Made by a program: the position numbers and the translations under genes. Below are positions 1 through 10,841 of a stretch of 20,000 nucleotides of DNA, piece after piece (positions within the stretch are counted from its first letter, which is position 1; each line of letters starts with the position of its first letter). Under the pieces are notes generated by a model. It made no database searches and was not told the DNA's origin. It saw nothing but the letters and a program-made list of their open reading frames with translations. The DNA comes from Toensbergia leucococca (lineage: Eukaryota): NCBI GenBank assembly GCA_022813965.1, contig JALDZS010000131.1, positions 52,246-72,245 of the forward strand, given 5' to 3'.

Positions 1-3000
1 AGTATTGATAACCTTTTGAACATGACCGAGATACTTGGTAATGACCTGGCCAATTTAGCCAATTTAGCTGTTGCTCGAGAATCCCTGAGTTCCGACCGTA
101 CGCCTCCTTCTCCACCTCAAACCAACGGAATCAAAGTGAAGGAGATCCAAGACAAAGTTACAGCTGACGATCTTGAAGATGAGCGCTCGGCGGTCCGACA
201 AAATTTGATTGAACGCGCTCTCGATGTGCTCAGCATTCATAGTGACGTTACTTTTGAGCTGGCTGATTTGATCATCGCTGCTGCCTCTAAGGCTACAGAT
301 GTTGCCACTATGCGTAGGGAGATTGGCGAAACGCTCGTGCAATCCCTGATATCCTTTGAAACCGGCGAAGATTTTCGATCTGCCGGCAAGAAAATTGCGG
401 CGTATGCTAACCTGCTCGCCCTTGTTCTTCAGGACCGGGAATTCTACGAAGCAACACAAGAAGAGCTAAAGAACAATTTTGCAATCCTGTTGAAGTTCAT
501 CAAAATATTTCCAGAGCAAACAGCAGAGGAACCGTCTCCGTGGGTTGGCCAGATATTGCTCGTCATTGAAAAGATATTAGCAGAAGACGTCCAACCGAAA
601 GATGTCAAATGGAATCCTCCGAGCAATGACGAAAAGCATCCCAACAGCCCAATTGTCGAAATCGAGGATCCTATTATTCCTATGCCCGAGAAGACTCAGC
701 TGTTCGAATCAATCATGGAGATCCTCCCCCGCGTTGGCAAAGACGAATCTCTAGCTCTATCTGCAATTCGAACTCTTGTGATTCTAACACGCAACCGGGA
801 CATTGCCTCTCAGCTTGGCGAGAAACGGAACATGCAGCGTCTCTTCGTAATGATCAAGCAACTAGCAGGTATCACAAATGATAGAATACAGAGTTCGTTC
901 ATGTTGTTACTCCGACACGTCATTGAGGATGCAGAAACTATCAGACAGATTATGCGGACCGAGATCGTCCGAGATTTTGAACCCAGACCATCTCGTCCTA
1001 CGGATACCACTGGCTACGTTAGACAGATGTACCATCTTGTGTTGCGCTCTCCAGAGATCTTCATAGAGGTTACCAACGAGATGTTAAAGGTACAAAGATA
1101 CGATTCAAATCAGCGTCCCCAGGTCCTGGCGTTAAAAACCCAACATAGCAAAGAGCCACCTACTGTTCTGAAAGCAACAATCAGCACAGCTGAGACTTCT
1201 AATGCGGAGGAGAACGTAATGCCTGAAGACCAACTCTCAGCCGAAGTCCACTCTTCAACTGCAGAGGATGGTAAGCCAACAGGTAACAAGCCTAAAAACA
1301 CCGAAGTCAAAGCTCCAGTTGTAGAGCATCCTGACGGAGTCATTCATTATCTCCTCTGCGAATTGCTCTCGTACAAAGATGTCGAGGATAAGGAACAAGG
1401 CCCGTCTGTGAAGGAGGGATCCGAAGAGGGTACTTCAACACCACCTACAGAGCAAGATGTTGCAAGCGAACTGGTACCTACACTTTCAGGTACACCGGCG
1501 CCTTCTGAGACAAGTGATCCAAAGAAGACAGAGAAACCCGAATTCAAGGCTGAGCAACACCCTATCCACGCCTATCGGTGTTTCATCCTACAATGTTTGA
1601 CAGAACTTTTACTACACTACAATCGTACGAAGATCGAGTTTGTCAACTTCTCTCGCAAAGCTGATCCAAAAGCCATAACACCTTTAAAGCCACGATCTGG
1701 AGTATTGAACTATCTTCTCAACGCTGTCATCCCCGTCGGGACCGTTAATAGCGATGACTCTATTGCTTTCCGCAAGAAGTCTAGCACCTCAAGCTTAGCG
1801 ATGTCTGTCATTGTATCTCTTTGCCTCAAAACCAATGAGAAAGGCTACGATACGAAAGGCACTTCGTTAGAAGAGGAAGAAGAAGAGCCTGATTTGCTTT
1901 TCGTGCGCAAATTTGTGCTTGAACATGCTTTGAAGGCCTACAAAGACGCCAATGCATCGAGCGAAGCGCTTGACGTCAAGTACGCACGGATGCTTTGTCT
2001 CGCTGATCTTTTCAATCGAATGGTGACAGGAACTGTTGTTCCAAACAACACGAATCTTCCCACTATAAAACAAAACGGCTTACAGAAGCCGCTCGCCAAG
2101 ATCATGTTTGAGAAGAATTTCATATCAGCTTTGACGAGCTCAATCGCTGATGTTGACCTTAATTTTCCAGGATCAAAGCGTGCTGTCAAGTACATACTCC
2201 GTCCATTGAAACAACTCACCCATATTGCCATAATACTGAGTGAGACAACCACCATGTCCAGCACTCCCGGCCAAACCGATGATGACGAGATATCCACCGC
2301 CACCTCAGTATCTGGAATGGATGACGAGAGAGAGGAGACTCCAGATCTATTTCGGAATTCGACACTCGGCATGTTTGAGCCCGGACGGGAAGAAGAGTCG
2401 AGCTCTGAATCATCAGAGGGAGATGAAGATATGTATGATGACGAATATGATGACGGCATGGACTACGAAGAGGATATGGAGCGCGACGGGGATGAAGTCA
2501 TCAGTGACGAGGAGGATGAGATAGAAGGCGTTGGTCACATGGAGGGGCTCCCTGGAGACGCAGGCATGGACGTTGAGGTCGTGATCGATGGAGAGGATGA
2601 TGAGCCAACCGATGAGGACGATCAAGATGACTCGGAGGACATGGATGATGGTGACGAAGTTGAAGTCATTGATGAGATCACTGGTGACGATGAGAATGAT
2701 AGCTTGGCGGGCGGTGAAGATGAAGAGTGGCAGGATGAAGATGAGGATGGAGAGGCCTACGATGGTGAAGATGGGCTAGAGCATGAACTAAGCCCGGAGC
2801 ATGACCATGCTGCAGCAGTTCGAGACATCGTGCGAGAATTTGGACCAGGCGGACCCGCGCTTCATCGACTTGAAGCCCGCGATCTCGCACGTGATCTTGA
2901 GACTGGAGCATATATGGATGATGTGGTTCATGACGATGATGGTAGGAATTCTATGATTATAGACCCATGACTGTAACGAAGCTTACTATGCCACAGAGGG

Positions 3001-6000
3001 AGAGGAGGATGACGATGAAGACGACATTGAAGAAGAGGATGTTATTTATCAACCCGAACATGATGGTGAGGACTTAACTCGAGTCTGTCTAGTGGCATGT
3101 TCGCTAACGATAGTAGATGATGAGCCTGGTATGCCAGATCCTCCAGGATGGGGCTGGGATCCGGACGATGACCCAGGAATGCCATTACCACGGGGACATC
3201 ACCACCATTCTCGTCGGATTCCTGGCCCGTGGTCCATATATCCCACGATGGACACGCCTAGAGGCCCAGGCGATAGAGGTACGATTGATAAAATTGTAAG
3301 AGCAAACGAACGAGAAGTTGCTAATTTTACTGCAGTACCCATGTTTCATTCGCATCGACCTTCAGGTGCTCCAGGCGGAAACGATGACGGCATTAATCCA
3401 CTACTGCAGAGGAACGATAGAGGCGGCGGCGTTCTAGGATCCACAAGACCTGGCCGTGCAGGTATGTCTGAGGCAGCTGCAAGCATGAGTGACTGGGTCC
3501 AAGCAATGGATCCTGGCCTACCTCGTGGCACATTCTCCGCCGAGAGTCCAGTGTCGTTCGTTAATAATATTATCGCTGCACTTGGCCAAGGAGGAGGCCC
3601 CAATTTTGCTGCCATGGGTAACCCGCGTGGTGCTTTGCACTTTCATATCGCTGGTACTGGGCACGCGCTCATTCCTCGTGAGCTTCAAGCAGTCTTGGGC
3701 TTAAGGCGACCTCCTCCGGAAGGTATTAGGACTACTCGAGATGAGCCCATACCTTCAACTTTATTTTCGCCTGCTTCTACCATAACTCGATGGCATGAAG
3801 AAGCACGACTTCTCTTCGGCAATGCCCACCAAGAAAAGGCTCAACTCGTTGTCAACTCAATTCTTCGTGTCCTGGTCCCCCCTGCGATTGACGAGGAGAA
3901 CAAACGATTGGAAGGTGTACGATTATTGAAAGAAACGCAAGAGAAGCAGATGGAAGAACAGGCTACTAGAGAAAAGGCTGAAAAGGATGAGGTAGAAGCA
4001 GAAAAGAAGCGAGAAGAAGAACGTCAAGCTGCTGCCGATGTGGAAGCTGCTGCTGCTGATATTCCGCAGGTGGAAGAACATGGAGGAACCGTAGGGGATG
4101 ATCTCATGGAGGGCGTCGAGGCTACCACTAATGCTACAAACTCAACGACTCTCTCTGCCGAAGCCACCGAAGACACTAGCCATGCGGACGCTGCTCAAAC
4201 GGACATCCCTCCGATACCAGGTCCCTCTGAATCTCTAGATAGGGTCAGAACGACAATCCGTGGGCGTGAGCTTGACATCACTGGCATGGGCATCGATCTC
4301 GAATATTTGGAGGCTTTGCCGGAGGATCTACGCGAGGAAGTACTCATGCACCAACTTGCAGAGCAACGCTCTCAAGCCGCCGCGGCGGGTGAAGAGCCGA
4401 CTGATATTAGTCGCGAATTTCTTGAAGCCTTGCCTCAGGAGATCCGCGAAGAACTACTACAGCAAGAAGCACAGGATCGACGTCGGCGAGAAAGAGATGA
4501 GAATAGAAGGAGAGTTGCGGCAAGCGGTGGCGCACCAGCTCCTCGTGGAGAAGACATAGATCCTGCAAGTTTCCTAGCTTCCCTTGACCCATCTCTCCGA
4601 CAAGCTGTACTCATGGAGCAGGACGAGGAGGTGCTTGCTCACCTTCCTACGGCGATCGCAGCTGAAGCTCGTGCACTGGGAAGTGATCGTATTATGCATC
4701 ATCGATTTGGGGAGCTGCCTAGAATCAATCATTCTCGAGGACACGAACGAGAAGGCCAAGGACTCGAAGCAGCCAGTAAAAAGCCTCAGCGAAGACAAAT
4801 AGTACAGATGCTAGATAAGGCTGGCGTTGCAACATTGCTACGCCTTATGTTTGTTCCGCAACAGGGAAGCTCGCAACAGACTCTCAATTCAATACTTCAC
4901 GATGTATCGCAAAACCGTCAAAACCGAGCGGAAGTTGTCAGCTTACTGCTTTCTATCTTACAGGACGGTAGTGCCGACGTCAATGCTGTTGAACGCAGCT
5001 TTACTCATTTATCGCTACGAGCTAAGCAACCGGCAGCTCAGAAAACGCCTCAAAATCCGAAGAAAAGCCTGACTGGTCAGCTATCGTCGCCAACAAACGC
5101 TGAAATGACTCCTCTGATGGTTATTCAACAATGTCTGGCCGCATTAGTCTTCCTGACGAACTTCAACCCTCATATCCCATCATTTTTCCTCACAGAACAT
5201 GAGATCTCGTCAGGGTTCAAGAGCAAATCAGGCCGGAAAGGCAAAGGAAAGGAGACGAAGGCTACGAAATATGCACTCAACGCCTTGCTTAGTCTACTAG
5301 ACCGTAAATTGATCATGGAAAGCTCAAGCTGCATGGAGCAATTGTCAAATTTGCTACAAAGCATCACTCAGCCACTAACAATACTCCTTCGGAAGGACAA
5401 AGAGAAGCCAGAGGAATCAAGTAAAGTGACTGAACCTTCAGCCACTTTGGCAGAGACGAGTGGTGAGGCACCCTTGACGGCAAACATAACTCAAACCACC
5501 GAGCCAGATGTGGGGACAAGGGACACCACCATGGCAGACGCAACGCAATTGAATCCCGATTTGGTAGCTGAGTTGACTGTAGCCGGAAATGAGGTTCAAG
5601 CTGGAGACACATCAGGCAGTCCGGAGGGCTATTCAGATGAGGCAAAGAAACCAACCGAGGAGGATAAGGCTAAGAAACCAAGAACACTCACACCGCCGAT
5701 TGTCCCCGAATACAATCTCCGATTAGTGGTCAACATCCTCGCTGCTCGTGAATGTAGTGCAAAGACCTTCCGTGATACTCTTTCGACCATCAACAATCTC
5801 TCGGCGATCCCTGAAGCTAAGGAAGTCTTTGGCAACGAGCTAATCAAACAAGCTCAAGATCTTGGCCAATCGATCCTTGGGGATCTCGACGACTTGATTC
5901 CTCAGATTCAACGTGCTGAGACGGGTACAGATATTCAAGGTATGGCTCTTGCGCGATTCTCACCGGCTTCTTCAGACCAGGCCAAATTGCTGCGAGTTCT

Positions 6001-7711
6001 CACTGCTCTCGACTACTTGTTTGATCCGAAGCGGAACGGTGGTAAGACCAAATCTGCCGTGGAAGACAAATCTCAAGCAGAGGAAGGATCGGCTTCCAAG
6101 GAAGACTTGCTGTCCACTCTATACGAGAATTCTACTTTTGGACCGCTCTGGACCAAGCTGAGCGAGTGCTTGAGTACTATCCGTCAACGAGACAACATGC
6201 TGAGCGTAGCCACCATTTTGTTGCCATTGATAGAAGCCCTCATGGTTGTCTGTAAGAACACCACACTCAAAGATAGCCCATTGATAAAAGTGGCCAAAGA
6301 ATTTTCAGTGACAAGCCCTCCGCCAGAGTCTGGTATGGAGAACCTCTTCTTCCGATTCACCGAAGACCATCGTAAGATTCTCAACGATCTTGTTCGAAAC
6401 AATCCCAAACTCATGAGTGGGACGTTCTCTTTACTCGTCAAGAACCCCAAGGTCTTGGAATTCGACAACAAGCGCAACTACTTTACCAGACGTCTTCACT
6501 CGCGCACAGAAACGAGACACCCACAGCCTCCACTTCAATTATCAGTTCGTCGCGATCAAGTCTTTCTTGACTCTTTCAAGTCGTTGTATTTCAAAAGCGG
6601 GGATGAGATGAAGTATGGCAAGCTGAGCATTCGATTTCATGGCGAAGAAGGAGTAGACGCTGGTGGCGTAACGCGAGAATGGTTCCAGGTTCTTTCGAGA
6701 CAGATGTTCAATCCCGACTACGCCTTGTTCATTCCTGTCGCTTCTGACCGTACCACATTCCACCCAAGTAAGCTGAGTATGGTTAATCCGGAGCATTTGA
6801 TGTTTTTCAAGTTTATCGGTCGCATCATTGGCAAGGCCCTTTACGAAGGAAGAGCATTGGATTGCCACTTCAGTCGAGCTGTCTACAAGCGTATTCTGGG
6901 CAAGACGGTCTCGATCAAGGATATGGAAACCCTGGACCTTGATTATTACAAGTCTCTACTTTGGATGCTCGAAAACGACATTACCGAGATCATCACAGAG
7001 AGTTTCTCTGTCGAGACCGAAGCCTTTGGGAAAGTCGAGATTGTCGATCTGATCGAAAATGGACGTAACATCCCCGTCTCGGAGGAAAACAAGCAAGAAT
7101 ACGTTCAGCTTGTCATCGAGTATCGCTTGACAGGATCTGTGCAAGCACAATTGGAGGAGTTCCTGAAAGGTACGTCTCATCATTGCTTGCCTTGTCAGCG
7201 AAATTACTAACATGCGTAGGCTTTCACGACGTTGTGCCTGCAGAGCTGATATCAATCTTCAACGAGCAAGAGCTGGAATTATTGATATCAGGCCTTCCAG
7301 ACATTGATGTGGACGATTGGAAGAGTAATACCGAGTACCACAATTACTCGGCCTCCTCATCACAAATCCAGTGGTTTTGGCGAGCGGTACGATCGTTTGA
7401 TAAGGAAGAGCGAGCCAAGCTTTTGCAATTTGTCACTGGAACTAGCAAAGTGCCTCTCAATGGCTTCAGCCAGTTGGAGGGTATGAATGGCTTCAGTCGC
7501 TTCAATATCCACCGCGACTATGGGAACAAAGATAGACTGCCAAGTTCGCATACCTGCTTCAATCGTAAGAGTCTCCACACTACCTCTTCAGTATTTGCAA
7601 CTAACAGGCCTCGTAGAACTTGATCTCCCAGAGTATGACAGTTATGAGGTCCTTAGACAGCAAGTCTACACGGCTATGACCGCCGGGAGCGAATATTTCG
7701 GCTTCGCATGA
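1..7711 (+). CDS. TOM1: HECT-type E3 ubiquitin ligase Tom1/HUWE1, 5'-truncated by the window edge. Exons <1-2941, 2997-3065, 3117-3278, 3336-7169, 7220-7564, 7617-7711
   Basis: Frame is open from base 1. It contains a long acidic tract, three ubiquitin-binding-motif-like repeats ([55 protein letters not shown]) and a HECT domain ([17 protein letters not shown] ... [16 protein letters not shown] ... YFGFA*) with the catalytic Cys codon at 7555-7557. GT-AG introns at 2942-2996, 3066-3116, 3279-3335, 7170-7219 and 7565-7616 give 7446 nt in frame. Confidence 0.96.
3279..3335 (+). other. Probable 57-nt in-frame, stop-free spliceosomal intron in TOM1
   Basis: G|GTACGA donor, GCTAAT branch site at 3320-3325, TGCAG acceptor, phase 1 at both ends. 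It is hidden inside the 3092-7210 ORF. Confidence 0.7.
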
Positions 7712-8237
7712 AACACATAAGTCCTTCATCATTACGAAACTGATTGCAATAAACCGTCGGTCGGGCATTTCTCTGGCGCTAAGTTCTACCCATACCCATC
7801 TTACCCACGTCAGGAAATAGAAAGCATGTCGTGTCCTGATCGTTGTTATGGCCGGGGTGGAGGATATGGGTTGGTGGACTCTTTTTAGCATGTAGCTCTC
7901 AGCGAGACGTGGCGAATGGTCGAAGCTTTTCTGTTGGTCATGGTTGTGGCAACGGACGTGCAGGTCTGACTGTCTTGACCTGACTGCAGTTAGCAAGGCT
8001 CGCTCGTCTAGCTTTTTTTTTATTTACATTGTACATAGTTTAGATTAGTTGAGGGGTCACTCAAATTGATGAATTATTCCCGAGACATTTTCTCATTGGG
8101 TTAACATGGGTGAGAAGTACGGACATAGAATACTGCAGGTAGAGTCGTCTGCTGATGAAAAGGGGAATGGCGACGGATTGCATCAAATCCGCCCCCCTAG
8201 GCCTAGTTCACTGCCCCCCTGGTACCCCCTCGCACAG

Positions 8238-8244
8238 TATAAAA
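8238..8244 (+). promoter_or_regulatory. TATA box candidate upstream of DPH3
   Basis: TATAAAA about 150 nt upstream of the ATG at 8395. Confidence 0.45.
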
Positions 8245-8394
8245 CTTAGTGTCCCTCACCCGCCACCGCCACAAAACTAAAACAATCAACTCCACCCCAC
8301 CACCCAAAAAAAAAAACCTTGAACTTATAAAAAAAAATCCACAAACAAACACACAAAAACCCCTCTCCCTCCCAAAAAAACCCCCCGAAAAAAA

Positions 8395-8806
8395 ATGTCC
8401 TATTACGACGAAATCGACCTCGAAGACCTCACCTACGCCCCCGCCTCCACGCCCCAACTGACCCTCTACACCTACCCGTGCCCCTGCGGCGACCGGTTCG
8501 AGATTTCGTTGCTGGAGTTGAGGGAAGGGGGGGAGGTGGCGGTTTGTCCGGGGTGTTCGCTACGGGTTTTGGTTGTGGGTGTTGTTGTGGTGAGTTTTTT
8601 TTCTTCGAGTTTTTTTTTGGGTGGGGGCGGGGCGGGTTTGTGTTTTCTTTGCGGGGGGTGGTGGGGAAGAAGTGGGGTTGTTGAGTGGGAAAGGGAAATA
8701 GTTAGGGCTGATGGAGTTTTTTTGGTAGGAGGATTTGCCTGTGTTGGAGAGTGAGAAGGAGAGGGTTTGTAAGGAGGTGGGGGTGGAGGTGGGGGTTAGG
8801 GTTTAG
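8395..8806 (+). CDS. DPH3: Diphthamide biosynthesis protein 3 / Kti11 (CSL zinc finger), 90 aa. Exons 8395-8589, 8729-8806
   Basis: [12 protein letters not shown]...[11 protein letters not shown]...VAVCPGCSL signature. Intron 8590-8728 (GTGAGT...GCTGAT...TAG) joins to EDLP..., with stop TAG at 8804-8806. Confidence 0.93.
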
Positions 8807-8815
8807 GGTTTAGGG
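8793..8815 (+). repeat. Short telomere-like tandem array GGG-TTAGGG-TTTAGGG-TTTAGGG overlapping the DPH3 stop codon
   Basis: Read directly: gggttagggtttagggtttaggg, followed by further Gs. Confidence 0.6.
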
Positions 8816-9152
8816 GGATGGTATTTGGAGACTTGTTTTTTAGAGTGGGTGGAAGAAGGTGGGGAGACGGGGTTGTTTTGGAGAGGGGAGCGTCTTGGGG
8901 AGGGCGGGATGGAAAGGGGAAAGAAGAAAGGTTGAAGGGAGGGCTTGAGGGGTGGAAGAGTCAGGATACGAGGCGGTGATGGGGTTTGGTGGAGGCGGGA
9001 TTGTGCTGTCACAGGGATTGTTTGGGGAAGGCAAGATTTTGCATGCTATTCGACAGAATAGGTTTGAAAGAAATTGGTGGGTATCTATTTTAGAAGTATA
9101 GGGTTCTGTGCGCATGGTAGCATCCGATATTATGCACCTCCAGCCACTCTCT

Positions 9153-9839
9153 CTATCGACCACTCCACACCCCCTCCCTAAACCCTCCAATCCCAAACCC
9201 CACCCTCCCCTCACCCACCGGCCTCTTCGCCACCTTCCCCTGCCCCTTGACGCCCGCAACGACCTTCTCCAGCCCCGTCTCTACAACCACGCCCCCTACA
9301 ATCATCTCCCCCAGGACTGCATGCAGTGTTTCAAAGTTGAAAATCAGATCCAGCTCGCACACGTTCTCGAAGAGGCGATCGAGGGCTTCGACGAAGACTT
9401 GGATGAGGTCGAGGAGGGCGAGGGGGGATTCGGTGGAGGTGGAGATGAGGATGAAGTAGAGGGTTGCGTAGTGGCGGTAAGTTATTAGGGAAGGGGTATC
9501 ATTGTGGGTGGGGGGTGTGGAGGGTTTAGAGGTTTGAGGTGGGGCGAGGAGGGGAGGGAGTCTGTGGGTTGAAAATGTTAGTTTGGGGGTTTCGTGGTGT
9601 TTCAGGGAGGAAGAGGGGCGCTACGGGAGGAAGTTGCAGGCGGAGGCGGGGCGGTGGGAGACAAGTGTGAAGATTTCGGATATGAGACGCTGTTGAACAC
9701 TTGTATCCTGGTGAGGTGCAGTGATTTAGTTTCGTGTGTGTATTTGGAGAAAGGGAGTTTGGAGACGGACTAATTGGGTGTAGAATTTTGTGAGGCGGGG
9801 TTGGCCGGAGTTGTTGAAAACGAGGACGGCGTTGATCAT
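9153..9839 (-). CDS. APS3: AP-3 adaptor complex sigma subunit, 186 aa. Exons 9839-9771, 9707-9625, 9561-9153
   Basis: Hand translation: MINAVLVFNNSGQPRLTKFYTQL|DTSVQQRLISEIFTLVSHRPASACNFLP|LPPLL...ITYRHYATLYFILISTSTESPLALLDLIQVFVEALDRLFENVCELDLIFNF...GVWSGR*. GT-AG introns at 9770-9708 and 9624-9562 are both 63 nt. Confidence 0.94.
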
Positions 9840-10130
9840 GTCGATTGAGGGTGAAGGGTGAGATTTGGGAGTAGAAGAGGTGCCTCAGAACGTTGTTCGG
9901 CTGGGTGTCAAGCCATTCTCATGTTAGTATGGAGTAGGGCAGGGACATAATGTTAGGTAGGTACCCCCGCGAGTCTTCGAGCTAAAAATGCGGCATGACG
10001 GGGTCAATTGTTCCTAGCGACAACTTCTACCTACAATTCTTTATATATTCTAAATAAACAAACGTATGACATTTTCTACGCTCTCTAAAGCTTTGAGAAC
10101 TTCAGCGACAAGTACTTGCTTCAAAGTCCA
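9840..10130. promoter_or_regulatory. Compact divergent promoter region between APS3 and YFH1
   Basis: Head-to-head start codons separated by 291 nt, with an AT-rich TTATATATTCTAAATAAA element at 10041-10058. Confidence 0.55.
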
Positions 10131-10796
10131 ATGCTTTCCCGATCATACTCCCACACTGCCCGCCATGTATTCCGCAGCCATTCACGAACCTCAGTAAAGA
10201 GGTTAAGTCGATCCGTAACCCGCTTCGCCCAAAACCCCCGATCCTCAGACTCATCTCATATCCACTCGTGTACCCGCAGCTTCCAGAGCTCCTCCTCTCA
10301 GCCAAACCTACTTACGCCCAACGAACCATCCACGCATGTTTCTGCATCCACCCCTATATCCACAGAAAAATACCATGACCGCGCAGACACGTATATTGAT
10401 TCGCTTGTGAGTCAATTAGAGCAGCTGCAGGAGGAGCGTGAGGATGTCGATTGTGAATACAGCGTATGTTTCTCCCTTCCTATTCTGTTGTCCTTGATTT
10501 TGAAAATTATGCCCAATCACCTTTCACTATCTCCCAAATCTCACGACAGCTTTACTAACCGTGCCATGAATTGTTAGGCGGGTGTCTTAACCCTCGTCTT
10601 TCCACCGATAGGCACATACGTCTTGAACAAACAACCGCCGAATAAACAGATATGGCTAAGCTCGCCTGTTTCAGGACCCAAGCGATATGATTATGCAGAC
10701 GGTGAATGGGTTTATTTGAGAGACGGGAGTACATTGACGGCCCTGTTGAGGGACGAGTTGAAGGTAGAAATGGACGAGGAGCAGGTAGGAGAATAA
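10131..10796 (+). CDS. YFH1: Mitochondrial frataxin, 183 aa. Exons 10131-10463, 10578-10796
   Basis: Arg/Ser-rich presequence-like N-terminus, then [10 protein letters not shown]...[44 protein letters not shown]...WVYLRDG. Intron 10464-10577 reads GTATGT...TACTAAC...TAG. Confidence 0.95.
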
Positions 10797-10841
10797 ATGC
10801 GACATAGAACGTCAAGGCCCGGTCCGCCGAGGTGCGAGTAC

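Noticed and set aside
1938..2459. 173-aa antisense ORF and other antisense ORFs over TOM1
   Set aside because: Antisense shadows of a long coding region with no recognisable motifs.
3111..3116. TAGTAG tandem acceptor in TOM1 intron 2
   Set aside because: The proximal TAG is only 6 nt from the branch A. At most it adds one Val, so it is minor.
8197..8206. 10-bp palindrome CTAGGCCTAG upstream of DPH3
   Set aside because: A single palindrome of this size is expected by chance in 20 kb.
8203..9488. Overlapping Gly-, Pro- or Lys-rich ORFs in the ORF track
   Set aside because: These are shadow frames of DPH3 and APS3 caused by low-complexity skewed composition.
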